DNA of 64,000 nt, taken from NCBI GenBank assembly GCA_951406725.2, contig OX597817.1, positions 97,836,001 through 97,900,000 of the forward strand, written 5' to 3'. Positions 34,401-42,372 of the stretch are shown here, one piece after another. Under the pieces are notes generated by a model. That model worked only from the letters and a program-made list of their open reading frames with translations, did no database searches and was not told the origin of the DNA. This stretch comes from Octopus vulgaris. Its lineage: Eukaryota. The position numbers were made by a program, and so were the translations under genes. Within the stretch, counting starts at the first letter, position 1. Every line of letters begins with the position of its first letter.

Positions 34401-36761
34401 CAATGGAAAGATAAAAAGCCTTTATATTATAACCAACTTTTTGAAAAGGAAAGGAAATCATCTGTTCTTAACATCATTCCTCTAGAGTATCATCCCCCAA
34501 ATGAGCCTAAAATAGAAGTCAATAATAGTGACTTGACTGGTTCCATTTACATGGGAGACTCTCAGCAAATGAGTGTTTTAAAAGAGGAAATAGATGCTGG
34601 TGACGATAAGAAGCTACCTGTGAATACTAACAACAAACAACCAGCTGACAAGGAAGGCTCCCAAAGTGAAGTGAACTTGTCCTTCCCTAAAGACTCTAAG
34701 TACTACTTAAGAAATTCACACTTTAGATGTGATTTCTGCTCACGACAGTTTCGTAGTAAATCTGCACTTATCATACATCGGCGAGTACACACAGGAGAGA
34801 AACCTTACCAATGTACATACTGCTTGAAAAGCTTCAAGCAAGTTGCTCACTTAGAAACTCATTCTAGAATACACACAGGGGAAACTCCATTCAAATGTAA
34901 CTACTGTCGACGATCTTTCAGTCAGAAAAGTAATTGTGATCGTCATCATCGTATTCATGTGGCTTGGAAAAAGAGGATGAAAGCTAGAGCTAAAGCTGCT
35001 GCTAAAACAGTTCACCTGTGTACCATCTGTGATGGTCGGTTTGCTAATGCCAGTGCTTTAAGCAAGCATAAATGTTCTAAGGTAATTTCACTTGAAGAAG
35101 CAGGAGGCAACACTGATAATGTGCTTTCAAGCATACCTTACTCGTGCAATATATGTGGTAAAAACTACATTAACAAAGGATATTTTGAAAGACATAAGCA
35201 GTCACACACTTTAAACACCACTTCAGAGAAAGATGCAACATCTGTTACTGAAAAGGCATTTTATTTATGTGAGATTTGCCAGCAAAATTTTACAGATAAA
35301 ACACAATACACTGAACATGTATTTCAGCATATCTCCGAGACACCATGTGATCAAGAAGCAAGTTCATACACCTCTACTGACGATGTTCCTGTTGACCATA
35401 TTAGAGAAGTCTGCTATTTATGTGAGCAGTGTAAAAAAGAATTTTATAATAAAGAAGATTTCTATTCTCACTCTTGCTCCTCTACTTTTGACTCTGGCAA
35501 TAAGGAAAGATATGAAGAACATGACTCTAAAAGTTTTGAGAACTCCTGTAATGATGACGAAATATTTACCACAACTCTACTTGATCAAGACCTTTCACGA
35601 GAAACTGAAGTTTCTGGGTTTTCAGAACAGAATGGAAATAACAGTGGACTGAGTGTATGTGAGTTCTGCAACAAGACATTCAAAAGTTTATCATCTTTGC
35701 TTATTCATCGACGTGTACACACTGGGGAGACACCATTTAAGTGTCCTTATTGTAAACGACAATTTAAACAGATTGCACACCTTGATGTCCATTTAAGAAC
35801 ACACACTGGAGAAACTCCTTTTAAATGCCAGTTTTGTGACAAATCATTCACACAGAACAGTAACAAGAATAGGCATGAGAAAGTTCACCTGAGCAGTGAA
35901 ACTGCAGCACAACTTGAACTCAGTAGTAGTCAAATATTTTCTAAAAATTCTGTTAATTCAGCAGTAACTACTTCTGAAAAACCATGTCAAAGTTACTGCT
36001 GTGACATTTGTTTTGCTATGTTTTCTACAGAAAATGACCTAAATGAACACACCCAAACACATCAAGATACAAGCTATGATCTTGGGACTACACTTTTAGA
36101 TTTGAATCAAAATTCAAATAAAAGGCACCATCAAGGTGAAAATGCTGAATCTAACCAAAACCAAGTCCCACATGGAAAATCTAAGAGACTGAGTGACACA
36201 AAGAAAAGATGTATTATGGAAGTCAAAGGATTTCTTGCTAATGAACAAGAGTTAAAGCCAGAAGTTTTTAATCAAAATAGACTTGACGACCAAAGTATGA
36301 CATATGATAACTTTGGTGAAAATATTTCTTGCCACCAGTGTGAAATGTGTGACAAAATATTTCAAACAAATGATGCTCTAGTAGAACACAAATTCTCTGA
36401 GCATATAACATCAGCTAGTAACCAAGACATTGATGATTGCAATTCAAAAATAATAGGCAGCCAGAAGTCTGTCTCTGCTAACTTTGACAATGGTTTGCAA
36501 AAACATGTATGCGAATACTGTAACAAAGATTGCAAGAGTTTTTCTTCACTGCTTACACACAGACGAGTACACACGGGGGAAACTCCATATAAATGTAGCT
36601 ACTGTGAACGTAGCTTCAAACAATCTGCTCACTTAGATGTTCACATGAGGACTCATACAGGGGAAACACCTTATAAATGTAAGTTCTGTGACAAAGCATT
36701 CTCTCAGAATAGTAACAAGAATCGTCATGAGAGATTACACCTCATCCAAACAGCTACTTGA
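28419..36761 (+). CDS. 2780-aa multi-cluster C2H2 zinc-finger protein (about 47 fingers: nine three-finger modules plus about 20 isolated fingers)
   Basis: Uninterrupted 8.3-kb ORF. The 77-aa triplets start at 28818, 29265, 30075, 31647, 32502, 34026, 34728, 35658 and 36510. NLS-like KKKRK and S/N/Q/E-rich spacers are present. No KRAB, BTB, SET or ZAD domain recognised. Confidence 0.97.
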   Translation: MMFSSSKENQLPLSGNNGSLNVNQISDKGCYSLRSRHNSQNIFKCEICSKIFDSNSSLEQHMFSVHHSTNGVFLCEFCSTNFSQKSSLMQHRCTHLTNTTSQAILDTGFPQKIYQSLTDNSNINTVKMSQNFTCEFCHKTFKTNSALLIHNRSHTGESPYSCEFCGKNFRQTAHLDVHMRIHTGETPFKCNYCNKSFNQKNNRNRHELIHLNGNIEQNPTISGINFDPNAATSPIHTSSVPNTSQSFTVSDVKESSLTPSISTDQSRSNDLIVQRTPQTSHICHLCNKTLNSKSALQVHYRTHTGESPYICHICNQRFKQSAHLDAHLRVHSKETPFKCQYCDKGFSQKGNKNRHERTHFLNKEGDTGKVNTLLPSTREVCHTNSIIGCEFETLLDHEGVRININYKQFVNIDADNVYSDKSNLAICEFCQSPIKDCTCAATHSSSFRQNTEPYPFQKTTEQFVLSDNTSREAVENQTAEATNIQKYNNSRSKLSAQTICNDNTCMSASSELLNSNTSSRNHSSFICKMCTKEFVTNIELQRHMQCHKGVTVCEFCHKDFKSSSSLAVHRRVHTGEMPYKCDYCNKSFKQVPHLDVHMRTHTGEMPFQCLYCDKKFSQKCNRNRHMNTHMNEAATESKDKCDKNEVYSGNQVEKLQSLTECTCGNEFSEPNSFITHILSHDNLPDLLSQSNSHNNHTPEINCNNSGTASIKDSQCRVCNETFTDQAGLDQHIASSHRKNSFPVSKDNCETEANKIQERPLGLIPGEIPYISSSANNSLVVLNNNMSTLGHLGNESSKSFQPNNCNIEVQSRSQSGELLYEAGYIENSQNKESKTNNWIEAASLKTSEHSISTNFVSNDMSYTPVERLGTHDCQICNSKFTNYTSFMDHQNSHNNCIEMMRKSQSASDEFIHNNSNFSDRGVFKCELCGKFFPDIASLHYHQQVKHSQEVIARNNFNQPRSCHQLENGDFEERDNSFTSSPSNKGHLITGSTNITSSNKEDLAGINNKLFSCKTCNFHFNSQQDLIKHKLCHTVSTNHSVKCNQDMTAALTPSNTCAAVADQMNKSDSPLVSTNSNICEFCKKDFRNHSALVIHRRIHTGEMPFQCEYCHRGFRQVAHLDVHLRIHTGETPYKCAFCSKKFSQNCNRIRHQKIHLQPQNLDGSYEQSASHQAGDHIYNCEFCISKFSNYEEFLDHLNCHNTPCLQDGQPEEYKKKRKLQSVSQSFYSENGTPEDWNCCERGLTGSNNKRKQCNPHSVNAGECNLQMGSNCDKTPLNGCSVSDCENNGGYFVKNCQNSLKVIGNNECELCSVQFVNKDELNVHQVSHHMDQPSTMFSNRNSTHCQSSMNLLKDSAGQGPSEKSCEFCQKTFNSTSALITHRRVHTGETPYKCSFCQKSFKQAAHRDVHMRIHTGETPYKCQYCDRSFSQNNNRLRHEKTHQLDNNTTTQSNENSPRAELQNDSNGATGSSAEQNGALCFTCPVCGALFENGLDLTDHQTICFAANDKLAHNDVDVPNCSVSLVLETDSFPNDDLQHIPSLSSDNNYSLKEADKSSYSDKNVSQPSEIFFSCHSCGIKFRTESVLNKHQKLCKGSSRLVPVATDDIGLISTVMSEDGSSHFTLKNNVEPSKAKQHDATVDLFPCNICGEEFTLAIHLNCHMATHSEQKEFTDHVTKQNKPRALSINLEEPSLHMTVEEFGNCSEDEGLATPQPDCSGHLENGEDSDNVAEREDNDEEQKDSSKQTHFKYKKNSQILDFENLIKKEILLEDYENPLHQLKKTFITKDSSKDTENPCGIDTAMETTSTCLPDADRTGYFCHQCNIEFTNEEKLHQHRISVHEEAKENYEVVTGAELLSTLCNRGDGNLLLDQHICEFCEKGFNSSSALHVHRRIHTGESPYKCHLCNRRFKQNIHLNVHLRTHTGETPYHCQFCDKKFTQNSNQIRHQRMHLADITTVDSSAVVDNITPSENNVSLEPNSDSRNRDSSDDHELMTNSEQQWKDKKPLYYNQLFEKERKSSVLNIIPLEYHPPNEPKIEVNNSDLTGSIYMGDSQQMSVLKEEIDAGDDKKLPVNTNNKQPADKEGSQSEVNLSFPKDSKYYLRNSHFRCDFCSRQFRSKSALIIHRRVHTGEKPYQCTYCLKSFKQVAHLETHSRIHTGETPFKCNYCRRSFSQKSNCDRHHRIHVAWKKRMKARAKAAAKTVHLCTICDGRFANASALSKHKCSKVISLEEAGGNTDNVLSSIPYSCNICGKNYINKGYFERHKQSHTLNTTSEKDATSVTEKAFYLCEICQQNFTDKTQYTEHVFQHISETPCDQEASSYTSTDDVPVDHIREVCYLCEQCKKEFYNKEDFYSHSCSSTFDSGNKERYEEHDSKSFENSCNDDEIFTTTLLDQDLSRETEVSGFSEQNGNNSGLSVCEFCNKTFKSLSSLLIHRRVHTGETPFKCPYCKRQFKQIAHLDVHLRTHTGETPFKCQFCDKSFTQNSNKNRHEKVHLSSETAAQLELSSSQIFSKNSVNSAVTTSEKPCQSYCCDICFAMFSTENDLNEHTQTHQDTSYDLGTTLLDLNQNSNKRHHQGENAESNQNQVPHGKSKRLSDTKKRCIMEVKGFLANEQELKPEVFNQNRLDDQSMTYDNFGENISCHQCEMCDKIFQTNDALVEHKFSEHITSASNQDIDDCNSKIIGSQKSVSANFDNGLQKHVCEYCNKDCKSFSSLLTHRRVHTGETPYKCSYCERSFKQSAHLDVHMRTHTGETPYKCKFCDKAFSQNSNKNRHERLHLIQTAT

Positions 36762-37077
36762 GTCAAAGTAAAACAATATTGTAACTACTCAGAGACTGAA
36801 TTGTGAATACCTACCAATGTGTATAATAGCATATACTGCAACACTTCAGCTTTTCTGTCATCCTTTAAGATAAGAGTTTATCATTAATTTCATATTCATA
36901 TGTCAATCCATAAACATTGTAATAAGATGTCCATTCATCAAACTGCTTCAGTTTTGACTGATGCCTTGTTTCTGAAGTTGGTTGACTTATATGCTGTTAT
37001 ATGTAATGTTGCAGTTAACACGTCAACCACTGCCAGTAGAAAACAGCATTTTCTATTATGACAAATTAGTTTCTTAA

Positions 37078-37200
37078 AATAAAAGGCTTTATTAAGGAAT
37101 CATATCAAATTATTTTCTAATTTTATTACAATTCTACATCCTCAAATGCAAAATTAATATAACATTAAGATGTCAAACGGCATTTTTGTTTATAAATAAA
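37078..37200 (+). terminator. Candidate polyadenylation signals of the zinc-finger gene
   Basis: AATAAA at 37078-37083 and 37195-37200, about 320 and 435 nt after the stop codon. Confidence 0.55.
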
Positions 37201-37335
37201 TATTTGATGGTATTTCATATATATATATATATGAAATACCTTCAAATATGCAAGTGAGTGAACAAACAATAAAAGGGCACTCAACAAATTTATTGGGAGT
37301 TACATACATGGATCAAAACAGTTTGATTCAAATTT

Positions 37336-38239
37336 GTTGGTACTCTTGTGTTTCAAGTGTGATGCTAGTCATCAGCCATTTTGAATTTGAATGACAGAAG
37401 TTGATTGTTATTGCCATAAGGTAGGCTGCTGTTGGTTGAGGAAGGTCACACAGTGTCGTGGTTTCATGTTGGTATATGAGTAACAGTTAGTTGGAAAATA
37501 CCACATAGTGAACAGGAAATTGACCACATGGCAATTAGGAAATCAGTCAGGTTGTTGGTGGGGAAATAGGAAGGGGAAGCATGTGCAAGTCTATAGTTCT
37601 ATATATGGTTGTGTAGACATGCTCATATGGTTTTGTGTACATGTGTGTATTGATGTAACCATGTGCATCTGTTCATGGGTGCACATGTCTGCACACACTT
37701 GGACGAACGTGCATACACATATGCACACCAGTATGCACATGTGCATTTGCATGCATACATGAGTATATGCACAAAACAAGCGTTGGGGATTGGTAAGCAT
37801 TGGGAATTGATAAGTATTGGGGATTAGTATGCATTGAGCGTTGGTAAGTGGCAGTCCTGCTCATGGGGTTGGTTGGTAGTGGTGCTAAGATGGTATATCT
37901 GGGTTGTCGGCAGTCAGAGGTTTACGTCAATACAAACATGCACACAATACCATGATTGTGTCTACACACCCACATATAGAACTATATACTTGCACATGCC
38001 ACCCCTTCCTACTCCCCCCATCAACCATGTGGTCTATTTCCTGTTCTTCACATTGTCAACTTCCTGTTTACAATGCCGTATTTTCCAACTAGCTGTTACC
38101 TACATACCAACATCAAACCACGACACCATGTAACCTTTCTCAACCAATAGCAGCCCACCTTATGGTAATAACAATCAACTTGTCATTCAAATTCAAAATG
38201 GCTCACGACTAGCATCATGCTTGAAACTTGAGTACCAAC
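37336..38239. repeat. Fold-back element with ~210-bp inverted arms and hammerhead cores at both outer tips
   Basis: 37336-37545 is the approximate reverse complement of 38035-38239. Minus 37338-37378 reads TGG-CTGATGA...GAAACACAAGAGTA-CCA. Plus 38199-38237 reads TGG-CTCACGA-CTAGCATCATGCTT-GAAACTTGAGTA-CCA. Confidence 0.85.
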
Positions 38240-39690
38240 GAAAGCTGCAGAGATGTTAAAAATATCTAGTGAGGCAGAATAAAGGATTAGAATAAATGAA
38301 GTTATACAGGAAAGTATTGTACCCAATAACTGGCATAATAGTACCATTGTAAACTGTTATGAAGGCAAAGGAGATGCCTTAGAGAAAGGAAGCTATTAAG
38401 GAATCAAACTACTGGATCAAGTTATGAAGGTCATGGAGAAAGTTATGGTATATCTGATCAATGACAAAATAGACTTAAATGAGATGCAGTTTGGTTTCCT
38501 GCTTGGAAGAGGTACCATAAATGCAATTTTCTTAGGTAACTGCAAGAGAAATAGAGCAAACCACTATGCCTGGTATTTGTTGACTTGGAGAAGGCATATG
38601 ACTGGGTACCACAATAATTCAGTAGTTATTATGGAAATTACATGTGGATAAATGGCTTGTGAGGGCTGTACAAGATATGTACAAAGATGCAGTAAATGAA
38701 GTAAGAGTCAAAAATTATTTCAGTAATGAAGCTAGGAGTCTATCAAGTTTCAATCTCCAATCCTCTACTATTCATCATAGTCCTGCAGGCTATAGTTTAA
38801 GATTAGCTGTCCATGGAACTCCTATCCACTGATGATCTAATTCTCATAGCTGAATCTAGAGTAGAATCAGGAAATTCCAAACCTAGAGTTGAGAGGCCTC
38901 AAAGTAAACTTAAACAAAGACTAAGATTTTAATGAGAAGGAAAGAAAACAGGACTCTTCAGAGAAATGACCTGGTTCAGTATGTAAGAAAGTAGGTGTAA
39001 TTTTCATATGCCGTTCTTAATGTAAACTATGGACACATAAGATGTTATGGAATCACAGATAGACTAACAGAAAAGCTTCATATGTTATAGATGTACTCAA
39101 TCAGTATGTCCAATAAACAAACCAGGAATAGATTCTTTGAATGACCTGCTAGAAGTAGTCAATAGTTTTTATCACCTAGGAAATGTAATTAATATAGAAG
39201 GTGGTCACTCCAAAAGTTTAGAAGCCAAGTAAGAAGAGGTTGGAAAAGGTTCAGGGAGCTTCTGCCACTGCTAGCAACAAAGCACTTTCCTCTCAGCAAA
39301 TTGTATGACACTTATGTTAGAACTGTGATGCTGCATGGTGGTAAAACATGAACCTTGAATGCAAAGGACTTAAGAAGACTGGGTAAAAATTACGCTAGCA
39401 TACTCTGTTGGATGGTCAATGTAAGTGTGTATGAGTAACAAAGTACAAATGTGCTGAGAGAAAAACTGGGCAGATGTACTATGCAAGAAAGACGGTATGG
39501 ATATGTGATGTATATGGATGATAGAAGCTGATTACTAAAGGTGGATGGAACTTTGCAGAAGAGGAAGACCTAGGAAAACATGGAACAAAGTGCTGAAGGC
39601 TGATCTTCGAAATGAGAAGCAGCCAAGATGACTAGTAATATGCACATCTCAAGAAGATCCACCCAAATCATTGAAACTAAGATAATGAGA
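38240..39690 (+). mobile_element. Old RTE LINE RT fragment
   Basis: MKVMEKVM...EMQFGF, WLVRAVQDMY, DDL and WKRFRELLPLL; many disablements. Confidence 0.9.
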
Positions 39691-39762
39691 TCACAATGTG
39701 TGTATATATGAAGGTGGGCCACCTGCCCACTTTTGTGATTCCCATCATCCATTATCTCTTTA

Positions 39763-40000
39763 AAGGCAGTGAGCTAGTAGAAAAGTCGGCAAGCTGGCAG
39801 AATCGTTAGCATGTCGGGTGAAATGCTTAGCGGTATTTGTCTGCCACTATGTTCTGAGTTCAAATTCCACCGAGGTCAGCTTTGCCTTTCATTCTTTCGG
39901 GATCAATAAATTAAGTACTAGTGAAACACTTGGGTCGATGTAATCAACTAATCCCCTCCCCGAAAATTTCAGACCTTGTGTCTATTGTAGAAAGAATCAT
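39763..40000 (+). mobile_element. Second tRNA-derived SINE family
   Basis: Head GCTGGCAGAATCGTTAGC, B-box-like GAGTTCAAATTCC, and body GACTTTGCCTTTCAT-like / GGGTCGATGTAATC. Confidence 0.85.
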
Positions 40001-41920
40001 CTCTCTAACTGCAATATTTTGCTGCTATAATTAAATATGAGTAGAACTGCATATTCCACTAGATTTTATTTGATACCAATTACCATACTTGTTACCTGGA
40101 ACCATTTCCATTTGTTATTTATCCTTCATTCTTAATACTGTTCTCTCCACCCATACTTTTGATCACCCTCAACCATGTGTCATCTCTCCCTCTCTCCATC
40201 ATCCTTCACTTGTCTACTGTACAATTATTACAATACTGTAACTCTTCACCCCTCTTTTTTCTCCACCTTCCCCCTACTCATGTATCATTCATCACTCATC
40301 TCTTATCCATCATCCACTCCTTAACCCTACTAATTTCTAAAGTTGTCACTTTCCAATACATTCCCTATGCACCCACCAACATTGCTCTTCATGATATTTG
40401 CCCCTAACTCATTTTTCATCTCTCATTCTGTCATACACCCTTATATTGTCTCCCCATCTGCCTTCCCCGTTCTCCTGTCCCCACTTACTTCTTCTTGCCT
40501 CATACATTGAGGGTTCACTTTGAAACTTCATCACTTTTATCTTTTCCCAGCTCTACACTGGTCACTCCTATCCTCTGCTTTATAATGTAGATAGCCATAT
40601 AACACCCCTATAGCAAAAGATCTATTCTATTCTGACCCTTTCTCTCATTTCCTAGCATAGTGCTTCCTTCTTCTCAACTATAGCACCACTCAGTTGCAAG
40701 CTGCAATGTCAACTTTACTAGAGCTGGTGTCATGAAAAAGTACACTCTATAAAATGGTTAGCATTAGGAAGGGCATCCAGCTATAGAAACCATGCAAAAG
40801 CAGACACTGGAGTACAATGCAGTCTTTGGATCTGTTGGGTCCCAGCATGGAACTCAGGTGTTAATTTTAGTAAGTATACATGGATTTCCAAAACTAATGT
40901 CATGAAATATTAATTCATTTCAATTTATTTTCCCTTCTCTTACAGCAATTGAAACTGGTAGCATATTTTGGTAAAAATGTAAATCTTTTCTTTTTATTCT
41001 CAAAGCATTTTCTCCTTTTTGTTTTTAATATAAACTAGCTTAAGGTGACCTGCTCTACGCGTGGGTAAGAGTGTGGTTGTTACTTTCTGTTGCTTCCATT
41101 CTGTTTTTTATCACCACATTCTCCCTCCTTTCTCTCTCACTTTCCCACTCTCTTACTCTTCCTTTCTCTTGGACTCTTCTTCGCTTTCTCTTACTTTCTA
41201 TCTTTATCTATCTGTCTCCCATTTATAAACAACAAAAGTTCTTGAGTAAGTTGAGAAAGAAAATATTTTAAAAGATCAATCATAAATATCGGGCAGTGAC
41301 AACGGAAAGGTCTGCTTCAAGGCAGACAGCAAAACACTAACATTTAAAAGGGACAGATGAACTTGTGAGCTGAATAAAAATTAAAAAATATTGAGAACCA
41401 AAGTCTGAGGATAGTAGAGTCACCATGGCTGGCATTTCTTAACGACGGACAGCAACGTAGTGGCAGTTTAACGGCTGGCGTAAAATTTTGATCTTGATGT
41501 AAAAGAAAATTCCTAAACACCAAGTTTTGAAGTGATTCTTTCTCATGACAATAGACTCACCATGGCAAGCATTCAAAACTTCTTCATCATGGATGGCAAC
41601 ACATTGACGATTTAAAGGCTGGCATAAATTTTTTAGCTTGATGTAACAGAGAATTCCTAAACACCCACTCCTGTAAATATTAATCCCCTTCCAGCCCCAT
41701 TTAGACACCTTTTCACATTTTGGTTAATATAACCAGATTTCATTCAAGTCTACTCAGGCCACATTTTATAAGATGAGGAATTTTGTCCTAGAGGTCTCAC
41801 CTTTCATTTGAGGAAAAAAATAGTTGCCATGCAAACTCGCCAGCACTTTTAACATAGGTGTGCATATTTTCAGCTCAACCTACCACAATGCACACATTAT
41901 ATATATATATATATATATAT

Positions 41921-42337
41921 ACTCTTTACTCTTTTAGTCTTTTACTTGTTTCAGTCAACTGACTGCGGCCATGCTAGAGCACCACCTTTTAGTTGAGCAA
42001 ATCGACCCCGGGACTTATTCTTTGTAAGCCCAGTACTTATTCTATCGGTCTCTTTTGCCGGACCGCTAAGTGACGGGGACGTAAACACACCAGCATCGGT
42101 TGTCAAGCAATGCTAGGGGGTCAAACACAGACACACAAACACATACACACACATATATATATATACATATATACGACAGGCTTCTTTCAGTTTCCGTCTA
42201 CCAAATCCACTAACAAGGCATTGGTCGGCCCAGGGCTATAGCAGAAGACACTTGCCCAAGATGCCACGCAGTGGGACTGAACCCGGATCCATGTGGTTGG
42301 TTAGCAAGCTACTTACCACACAGCCACTCCTGCGCCT
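41921..42337 (-). mobile_element. Near-complete tRNA-derived SINE
   Basis: Head AGGCGCAGGAGTGGCTGTGTGGTAAG (A box), GGTTCAGTCCC (B box), TTGGGCAAGTG core, an internal microsatellite and an AGTAAAAG tail. Confidence 0.93.
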
Positions 42338-42372
42338 ATATATATATATATATAGGTATATATATATATATA

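Noticed and set aside
28468-36574. Short alternative-frame and antisense ORFs inside the zinc-finger CDS
   Set aside because: They are expected shadows of a long repetitive coding sequence and carry no recognisable motifs.
28419-36761. Assigning a gene symbol such as sall, prdm1 or znf236
   Set aside because: Individual fingers resemble these proteins, but the overall architecture matches none I can confirm without a search.
42260-42337. tRNA gene (also at 62505, 13150 and 39790)
   Set aside because: A/B boxes are present, but these are SINE heads continuing into SINE bodies and no full cloverleaf was seen.
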